Assembly: GCA_965207845.1 (NCBI GenBank)
Contig: CBDBNU010000003.1
Span: forward strand, 956,480-1,020,479
From: Dehalococcoidia bacterium
GTDB lineage: Bacteria > Chloroflexota > Dehalococcoidia > Lucifugimonadales > GCA-2712585
DNA length: 64,000 bases
Direction: 5' to 3'
Below, one piece after another: positions 28,464-35,174 of this stretch. The position numbers and the translations under genes were made by a program. The number at the start of each line of letters is the position of its first letter. Position 1 is the stretch's first letter. The notes below the pieces were generated by a model. That model made no database searches. It was not told the DNA's origin and saw nothing but the letters and a program-made list of their open reading frames with translations.

Positions 28464-30143
28464 TCAAGAACCAGTCCCTGGCAAGCGGGGCTGGCGTTCA
28501 TGGCGGCCCAATACCCACGGCGTCTCAAACCGTTTGCCTTCCAGTATCTCCCCAACTGTGAGTATCTGCAACTTTGGGTACTCCGCTGGCCCTATCTTCA
28601 GCAACCCAGCATCTGCCATGAAGTTGTTGAAGTTCCGGGCCTTAGGGACTCCCAGGGGATGAAGCACTATCAGGCCGCCTAGAAGGGCCTCGTCATTATC
28701 CAGGACGCCTTTCAAGGCCCTCAAGTCCCTTATGTTAACGTTCCGTCCGCCCTTCACTTCTATCACCATGCTTTGAATGTCTGGGTTACCCGGCACGTCA
28801 AAGTACAGCCGGCCGTCAATGCCGCCGTCCGCCGTTCTCTTGGAAGTGACGAACCCATCCACCATCTCCACCGCCCACTGTTGGAAGTGGTACGTGTCCC
28901 GCTTCCACAAGTCCTGTGCGGCCTCTACGGAAGATGGTACCCCGCTGACCTGGAAATCCTTACCTTCCTCCAGTCCCAGCCGTTCTCTGAGCCTTTGTCG
29001 GGTCACCCGATTGATGCAGTGGAACGCTATGTCTATGCCTATCCATTTCCGCCCCAACTTGTGGGCCGCCTCTATGGTGGACGCACAGCCGCAGAAAGGG
29101 TCTAGCACCACGTCCCCGGGGTTGGAGGACGCTTTTATGATTCGCTCCATCAAAGATACGGGCTTTTGAGTAGCGTACCCTATACGTTCTTTTGCTTGCG
29201 AATTTATCGGCGCGATGTCCCAAACAATATCTCTAATCGGTATACCTTTGCCCATGCTCAGATAGCGTTTGTAGGACGGCATGAACCCTCGCATTGGCCA
29301 ATAAATCAGATCTGACTCATCCAACACGTCTAACCGTTCTTGTACCGTCAATGTCTCGTAGTTGGGTGGCGGGTCAAAGTGCGGGGGTAATCGCCGTCGT
29401 GTCGGAACGGCCCAGTGGCGCCCCTGTTCCGTAGGGTCTATCCCGCGCCAAGGCTGTCCTGACTCGCCGCGGGTAGTTCCTGGGCCGGTTAGTCCGTCAT
29501 CCCTGAATCGCCCATGTTTGTCTCTGTAGCGGTAGTGACTGTCAATATATTTTGGGTCATACGCTTCATAAATTTCGTTCCAGGTATAGGCATTCGCTTT
29601 GGTATAAAAGAGTACCGTATCGTGGATAGGCGCCCATTTCTTCGCCCCTCCATGGGCGGCCACCCTCCGCCAGATTATTTCACTGCGGAAATTGCGGTGT
29701 CCAAAGATAGCATCGAGGAAGGGCTTTACATAGTGGGAAACTGTGGGATCGCAATGAAAGTAGAGGCTTCCCGTGGACTTGAGAATTCGCCGCATGATTA
29801 ACAGGCGTTGCGCCATATATGATAGGTACGCCAAGAGACGAGGCTGCGTCTTCCTTAGAGCGTTCATCCATAGTCGCCAAAATTCGGTTGTTGCATCATC
29901 TACGCCGCTATCCCGCATCAGAACGGGGATGGTCCTAATCTCTCTCTCCCGGTCTGGGGTCAGCTCCCACATATCGTTGAAGGCGTCCACCTGGTCGGGG
30001 AGGGGGCGCCCTGTTTCGTCCTTATAGATGCTGTTGTATTGACGCTGGGAATTGAAGGGTGGGTCTAGGTAAATCAGGTCAACGCTGGCCAGCGGCATGT
30101 CCAGCATGATGGTTAAGCAGTCGCCATAATAGAGTTGGTTCAT
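28464..30143 (-). CDS. beta-class N4/N6 DNA methyltransferase with C-terminal Mrr-like PD-(D/E)xK domain (passenger gene of the IS)
   Basis: Motif IV DPPF (IYLDPPFNS) precedes motif I (VLDPFCGCAST). The C-terminus has GGIDG...IEVKGG, a restriction-endonuclease-like pattern. The ATG at 30143 overlaps the transposase stop (ATGA). Confidence 0.8.
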   Translation of the reverse strand: MNQLYYGDCLTIMLDMPLASVDLIYLDPPFNSQRQYNSIYKDETGRPLPDQVDAFNDMWELTPDREREIRTIPVLMRDSGVDDATTEFWRLWMNALRKTQPRLLAYLSYMAQRLLIMRRILKSTGSLYFHCDPTVSHYVKPFLDAIFGHRNFRSEIIWRRVAAHGGAKKWAPIHDTVLFYTKANAYTWNEIYEAYDPKYIDSHYRYRDKHGRFRDDGLTGPGTTRGESGQPWRGIDPTEQGRHWAVPTRRRLPPHFDPPPNYETLTVQERLDVLDESDLIYWPMRGFMPSYKRYLSMGKGIPIRDIVWDIAPINSQAKERIGYATQKPVSLMERIIKASSNPGDVVLDPFCGCASTIEAAHKLGRKWIGIDIAFHCINRVTRQRLRERLGLEEGKDFQVSGVPSSVEAAQDLWKRDTYHFQQWAVEMVDGFVTSKRTADGGIDGRLYFDVPGNPDIQSMVIEVKGGRNVNIRDLRALKGVLDNDEALLGGLIVLHPLGVPKARNFNNFMADAGLLKIGPAEYPKLQILTVGEILEGKRFETPWVLGRHERQPRLPGTGS

Positions 30144-31020
30144 GCCGGAGCCGCGACGGTAGACCGCAAGAAGGCGTTGAACGGGTCCGAAACCTTGCGG
30201 ATGTTGTACTTGAAGGCGGCTTCTGCAACGTACAGAAAGGCGTTGGCCCTGGAGTAGTGGTGATGGGAGCCGTACCAGGCCCTCTTTAAGAGGCTCCAAA
30301 AGCCCTCGATGGTGTTGGTGTGAACCATTCCATCAACGTACTGCTTGGAGTGGTCTACAGTGGCATGGCGGACGTAACGGCGCATTGGCCGATAGGCGGG
30401 GTAGGCGTCGGTGATAAGTAGGCTTGCGTCCTCGTCAATGTGACGATTCAGGAAGCTGGTTATGGCCTTGGCGTCAACCTTGATTGAAGGTTCGGCAACA
30501 ACTCTCCCCCCCTCTCAACTGCGCCAAGGATGGGGAGCTTGTCAGTACCACGCCCAGGGAGTGAAGGGCGGAAATCAGCCCGCTTGTTGGGCCGACGGGG
30601 CTTCCCGCCCACGTACGCTTCATCAGCCTCTACCAGGCCGGTCAGAAGCTCCCTCTCCTCTACCATTGCGCGCCTGATGCGTTCCTGCATGTATAGGGCT
30701 GACTTCTGGTTCATATCCAGGTCTCGGGCCAACTGGTGGGAGCTTAGGGACTTCTTGGCATTCAGCATCAGGGATATCCCCAGGAACCAGCGTTGAAGGT
30801 CAATTTTCGTCTTCTGGAATATTGTACCGGAGAGGACGTTGAAGCTAGAATGACAACTATGGCAATTCCAGCGGCCCACCCTATGACCGTCGGCCTTGCG
30901 GCCCACCGAAGTCTTGCCACAGTGCGGGCAAGTGGGCGTGTCACCCCATCGTAGTTGCTCCAGATGTTCGATGCAGGATTCATGGGTTGGAAAGCGTTGG
31001 AAGACTTCAATCAGATTCAT
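30140..31020 (-). pseudogene. IS1595-family (ISXO2-like) transposase, frameshifted at a G7 run
   Basis: The N-terminus has CPHCG...WNCHSCHSSF zinc ribbons. The C-terminal part (..LLITDAYPAYR..HTNTIEGFWSLLKR..) is in another frame. The frames join at the homopolymer 30506..30512, and an 8th G would restore one ORF. Confidence 0.75.
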
Positions 31021-31067
31021 GGTGTACCCCCTATGTGGGTATACTACCAAAACCCTTATCCCTTGTC

Positions 31068-31089
31068 AAGCCCCTAACTACTTATTCCG
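31068..31089. repeat. IS right terminal inverted repeat
   Basis: AAGCCCCTAACTACTTATTCCG is the exact reverse complement of 28434..28455. Confidence 0.85.
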
Positions 31090-31097
31090 TTACTGAT
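31090..31097. repeat. target-site duplication TTACTGAT (right copy)
   Basis: Identical to 28426..28433. Confidence 0.85.
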
Positions 31098-32147
31098 ACG
31101 TCTATACAAGGTGAGTCGCCATACTCTGTTCTGTCCCGAAATGGGGCCACCATATGTCCCCGGGTATTGTTCTTTGTCAATGAGGCAACCAACACCGCCA
31201 TCATACAGGCGGGCCAAACAGTAACGTTAAACCCTCGCCGAGGGCGCTACGATAAGGAACCGTGGCGCAGTCAGGACTTGAGCGCCATAACCGGCTAGAC
31301 CATTGAAATTAACCACCTTTTTGATGTCCATCTAGGAGAGACCGTTGCGCCCTATGTTACGCTCACTCCCCTCAAGGCAGTCTTGCCCATGAAGACGGGC
31401 GAATGCAAGATTCCGGTAGACAAAGGTGGGGTTAGTAGGGTTCGCCTTGGCGGCCTTGAACGACGGATGCGAGACCGCTGGCGAACTATCACGCGCTTAT
31501 GGGAAAAGAACAAGTCGGCGGCAAACAAGCTAGATTTGCTAGGTCAGTTGGACTACTTCGGCAAACTATCGTCGCAACTAGAGTGGCAGGGGGATACAGG
31601 AACACGGAATATTCGCGTACTGTACAACGGATCAGGAGCACCTACGGCCGCTTTACTTGAGGGTGATAATACGCTCGTTGACTATACGTTGTTCTGGATC
31701 ACCTGCAAGGAATTAGGCGAGGCACACTATCTTCTTTCCATAATCAACAGCGATAAATTGAGAGAAGCTGTAACCCCTCTAATGCCCAAGGGCCAATTCG
31801 GGGCGCGACACCTGCAAAAACACCTGTGGAAGCTGCCGATACCGGAGTTCGACGCCGACGTCCCGCTCCACGTCGAGATATCCGAGGCCGGGAAAGCGGC
31901 GGCGACAGGCGCGGCCCAGCGTCTGTCGGAACTCCGCGCCGAACGCGGCGACAACGTCTCCGTCACCATCGCCCGCCGCGAACTCCGCGCCTGGCTCCGA
32001 ACGTCGCCCGAAGGGGCGGCGGTGGAGGGGGCGGTGGGGCGGCTGTTGGGGTAGGGGGTTATGTTGCGTGATTGATTGCATCCCGCTACAATGCCTCTGC
32101 CTTGACCGCTGCCTTTGTGGCAAGGCGAGGTAATGTAAGGTTGCAAG

Positions 32148-32187
32148 TGCCTAGGTGGGCAACGGGTTCGCCTAGGCATTTTATTTT
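32148..32187 (+). terminator. rho-independent terminator-like hairpin
   Basis: TGCCTAGG-N15-CCTAGGCA followed by TTTTATTTT. Confidence 0.45.
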
Positions 32188-32203
32188 ATTGGGGAAAGAG
32201 GAT

Positions 32204-32308
32204 ATGAAAAGCAGATTTCTTGTAAACAAGACTGATGACCCGTTTGTCAGAGGCGCACCACCCCCATCACCAAGGCCTCGACCGGCGCCGAAGCCTCCGA
32301 AGAAGTAA
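32204..32308 (+). CDS. possible 34-aa proline-rich basic peptide (very uncertain)
   Basis: GAAAGAGGA then 4 nt then ATG. Translation is MKSRFLVNKTDDPFVRGAPPPSPRPRPAPKPPKK. It overlaps the convergent 3' end of 32247..32789 by 62 nt. Confidence 0.15.
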   Translation: MKSRFLVNKTDDPFVRGAPPPSPRPRPAPKPPKK

Positions 32309-32789
32309 GGACCTTCCAAGCCCAGAGAGCCCAAAAGACTAACTCCACAAACAAGAATACCGCGGCCCAATTCACAAGCGCGTGTTTCTTATTAATCGTG
32401 CTCATTGTCGTCTCAAAATTGCGGCCTGCTCGCTGTATCATCTTCAGTTGAAACTCATTTGGGCGCAGCCTGATCAACGCACCCTCGTCCCTTGCTTTGG
32501 TCAAATTAGAGGGATGTGGCAGTTGGATTCCTTTGTAGTATCTGGTTCGGTACAGTATTCCGATAAAGACAATGAACGAAACCATTGCTAGAATTGGGAA
32601 TAACCAACCACTGAATAGACTCCCATCGTCATTTAGGGCACTGATTATGATTGGAACAGCCAAGGTAACAGTTGTTCCAAGTGTTGCAAACTGGTTTATT
32701 CGGTCTTCAACAGATTCGAATCGTCGCAACATGAAATCATAAGATGGCAAGACGTAATCATGCGCGATGTCAATAGTAGTTCTTTCCAT
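32247..32789 (-). CDS. hypothetical 3-TM membrane protein in a low-GC islet
   Basis: 180-aa ORF with three clear hydrophobic helices. Local GC is clearly below the flanking DNA. No family recognised. Confidence 0.55.
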   Translation of the reverse strand: MERTTIDIAHDYVLPSYDFMLRRFESVEDRINQFATLGTTVTLAVPIIISALNDDGSLFSGWLFPILAMVSFIVFIGILYRTRYYKGIQLPHPSNLTKARDEGALIRLRPNEFQLKMIQRAGRNFETTMSTINKKHALVNWAAVFLFVELVFWALWAWKVLTSSEASAPVEALVMGVVRL

Positions 32790-32890
32790 AATTACCCCAC
32801 TGGTCTGAAGTCAATTTCTGCCTTCATTATATTTCGGACGGTGGATGTCTTCCAAATCAATGCTCATTTGAGACCCCGCGCCCCCCACAT

Positions 32891-32986
32891 GTCATTCTGA
32901 ACGCAGCGCAGCGGAGTGAAGAATCTCGTTGCCATTGACGCCCAACTCCTGCGAGATTCTTCGTCGCGGGGCCTCCTCAGAATGAC
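32891..32986. repeat. inverted pair of the 34 to 37-nt intergenic repeat (GTCATTCTGA...GAAGAATCTC / GAGATTCTTC...TCAGAATGAC)
   Basis: Arms at 32891..32927 and 32953..32986 share conserved 10-nt termini in inverted orientation. The right arm matches 2580..2613. Confidence 0.7.
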
Positions 32987-33078
32987 AGCTAAAGCGGGCA
33001 AACGTCTACCGGTGTATAATCCAAAACAGACATCCCACAATCCCCCAACAAATCCCTCGCCAACAGATAGAGTGAGCC

Positions 33079-33471
33079 ATGACCGCAAACTCAGATAACC
33101 AGGAACGCCTCACCACAACCAAGCAGCACCAAGTCGCCGAAAGTCCAGCTTCGGACCCCGCAGGAGACTACTACAACCGCGCCATCGCCTCCCTTAAGCG
33201 GTCGGAGTGGGACAAGGCCTGCGCCGACCTCTCAGCCGCCGTCGAACGAGGCTTGGACGTCGCCGCCACCTTCATCGAAACGTACAAGAGCGCCGGCGAC
33301 TTCGAGGATTCCTTCGACGTAGAACTGCCGGGAGACATCGCAGACATCGTCGACCCCATCAGCGAAGAAGAAGACGCTGCTCTGGCCAGACTAACCGAAG
33401 AGGGCCTGGATTCTGAACTGGTCAGCGAAGAGTGTGTAATGGCCATCCTCAGAGGTGAGGATGGAGGTTGA
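33079..33471 (+). CDS. putative antitoxin partner of RelE (atypical, acidic C-terminus)
   Basis: 130 aa. Its stop overlaps the RelE start region and it has an acidic C-terminal tail. No RHH or HTH motif recognised. Confidence 0.45.
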   Translation: MTANSDNQERLTTTKQHQVAESPASDPAGDYYNRAIASLKRSEWDKACADLSAAVERGLDVAATFIETYKSAGDFEDSFDVELPGDIADIVDPISEEEDAALARLTEEGLDSELVSEECVMAILRGEDGG

Positions 33472-33718
33472 GCAGAGGGCAACCTTCATTCGTGACCTGC
33501 GACGACTGCGTAATGGGGACATTCTCAACAGGCTTCACCGGAAGATCAAACAGTTGGAGCAAGCTTCCAGCATTTCTCAAATCTCAGGACTTCGGAAACT
33601 GAAATCCTCTCGGAATATATTCCGCGTCAGAATAGGCAACCATCGTTTGACCTTCGCAGTTGAAGGCAGCAGCGTGCAGTTGATTAGGTTCAGGCATAGG
33701 CGGGACGTTTATAGGTAA
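33461..33718 (+). CDS. relE: RelE/ParE-family toxin
   Basis: ...FRVRIGNHRLTFAVEGSSVQLIRFRHRRDVY is the canonical RelE/StbE C-terminal pattern. Start is ATG 33461 or GTG 33455. Confidence 0.8.
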   Translation: MEVEQRATFIRDLRRLRNGDILNRLHRKIKQLEQASSISQISGLRKLKSSRNIFRVRIGNHRLTFAVEGSSVQLIRFRHRRDVYR

Positions 33719-34141
33719 CCTCCATAGTGCCCCCCCTCTGCCACCTCCCCCTTGCCACAACCCCTGCGTTCCTGCTACCATACGCGCAGGAACACAAGTG
33801 CTGTAAGCCGCGCCTTCCCTGACCTGCCATCATCCTCCAAAAACTTTTTTCGAAACAAAAACAATCCTCAAAACACCCTGATTCGTGCCTGAAACACCCC
33901 CAACCCCGGCTAATTGTTTCCCGAAACAACTCGAAACAATTCGATTCTTGACACCTCGTTACCCGAAACGGGAGCCCCCGATTTTCGGAGGCGAGTCCCG
34001 GAATCCCATTCGTGGCTCATTCGAATTCCCCCGTCCGGCAGGGGGAATTTGCGGGGATGTCTCAAACTGTGCATAATTGACATGTTAATTCCGGTTTACT
34101 GTTGAAGGGAGAAAGATGACAACCGATAAAGACGACGGCCT

Positions 34142-35083
34142 ATGCTAGGGCTGTTCAAGAGGATCACCAACTCAAAGGGCTCGACGCAGGCCGGGTCGAA
34201 GACCAGGGCGCTGCGGAAGGCCGGCAAGGCCGCCCTGTACGTGGACACGGAGAACCTGCTGGCTGCGGCCCAGGGCACCGTCAAGACCATCGTCGAAAAG
34301 TGGCCGGAGGGCGCTCCCGCCCTCGGCTCGCTCCACCTTTACGTCCGCGCAGACCGCGTCGCCCTCTGGGAGATGTGGGCCACCGGCAACTACCCCGGCC
34401 TCACCGTCACCGTCAAGGGCGTCCAGCACTTCAGCCACCACCATTCCAAGAACTCCGCCGACATGGCCATCGCCATGGACGCCATCGCAGACTTCGTCAC
34501 GGGCGACACGGAGTTTGTCGCCGTCCTGAGCGACGACAGCGACTTCATGCCCGTGTTTGCCAAGCTGAAGGCAATGTCGGCTGGAAGGGCGCCCTTCCTC
34601 TGGCTGGTCACCGACCGCGTGCGGACCCGTTCCGCCACCATCGAGGAATACTTCCCCAGCGACCACATCCACACTATCAAGATGAGTACGCCCGCCAACG
34701 ACTTTATACTGCTGCGCCCCGGGGACGATGGCAACAACGTCAATCAGAGGGCCCTGGAGGAAGAGCGAAGGCGGGCCGCCGATAACAAGGTCAGGGAAGA
34801 CGACGTCAGGATTCGGGAAGAGATGGTGGACCTGATTGTCCGCCAGATCCCCGTCGGCTCCTTCAAGAGCACCGACTGCCTGCCGATAATCCAGGGCCGG
34901 TTCCCGCGCCACCGCATGGCAAGGATGCAGGGGGGGAGCTTCGGAATGGAGTTCACCAACAAGCTCTGGCCGCTGCTGGAGAAACGGGGAGTCCGCGTCG
35001 GCAGCAAGCGCCCCCGCAAGTACGAAATGACCCCCGAGGCCAAGAACGCCGGCCAGCCGCGAAGGCGGCACATCGGTCAATAG
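34142..35083 (+). CDS. NYN (LabA-like, PIN-related) domain protein with C-terminal extension
   Basis: ALYVDTENL...KNSADMAIAMDAIADFVTGDTEFVAVLSDDSDFMPV matches the NYN signature. Confidence 0.75.
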   Translation: MLGLFKRITNSKGSTQAGSKTRALRKAGKAALYVDTENLLAAAQGTVKTIVEKWPEGAPALGSLHLYVRADRVALWEMWATGNYPGLTVTVKGVQHFSHHHSKNSADMAIAMDAIADFVTGDTEFVAVLSDDSDFMPVFAKLKAMSAGRAPFLWLVTDRVRTRSATIEEYFPSDHIHTIKMSTPANDFILLRPGDDGNNVNQRALEEERRRAADNKVREDDVRIREEMVDLIVRQIPVGSFKSTDCLPIIQGRFPRHRMARMQGGSFGMEFTNKLWPLLEKRGVRVGSKRPRKYEMTPEAKNAGQPRRRHIGQ

Positions 35084-35118
35084 ACCCGGGCGTCGGTCAG
35101 TCCCAACCCAATAGCAAA

Positions 35119-35156
35119 ACGGGCAGCCCTGATTGGCGAGAATCAGGACTGCCCGT
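35119..35156. terminator. long hairpin between convergent genes (bidirectional terminator candidate)
   Basis: ACGGGCAGcCCTGATT-ggcgag-AATCAGGaCTGCCCGT followed by a T-rich stretch (CGTCTTTGCCCGTTTT). Confidence 0.55.
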
Positions 35157-35174
35157 CGTCTTTGCCCGTTTTAG

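Larger units (their letters stand above)
28434..31089 (-). mobile_element. IS1595-family insertion sequence carrying a passenger DNA methyltransferase-nuclease gene (2,656 bp)
   Basis: Perfect 22-bp terminal inverted repeats (CGGAATAAGTAGTTAGGGGCTT at 28434..28455, with its reverse complement at 31068..31089) and an 8-bp TSD. It carries a transposase with zinc-ribbon and ISXO2-like motifs, and its insertion splits a host ORF. Confidence 0.85.
26262..32054 (+). pseudogene. MmeI-like type IIG restriction-modification enzyme (N-terminal PD-(D/E)xK nuclease plus gamma-class N6-adenine methyltransferase), disrupted
   Basis: D-x8-E-F-K (DLAALDTFIEFK), motif I DPACGSGTF and motif IV GNPPW. The frame is interrupted by the IS at 28434..31089. 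After removing the IS and one TSD copy the frame continues (..RFIITD|TSIQGE..) to an in-frame TAG at 31296..31298. It then continues in the same frame for 84 nt into the 31383..32054 ORF. Confidence 0.7.

Noticed and set aside
31296-31298. In-frame TAG in the type IIG gene as a recoding event (pyrrolysine or suppressed stop).
   Set aside because: TAG is used as an ordinary stop by many intact genes in the window, and the same gene is also broken by an IS. A nonsense mutation is the simplest explanation.
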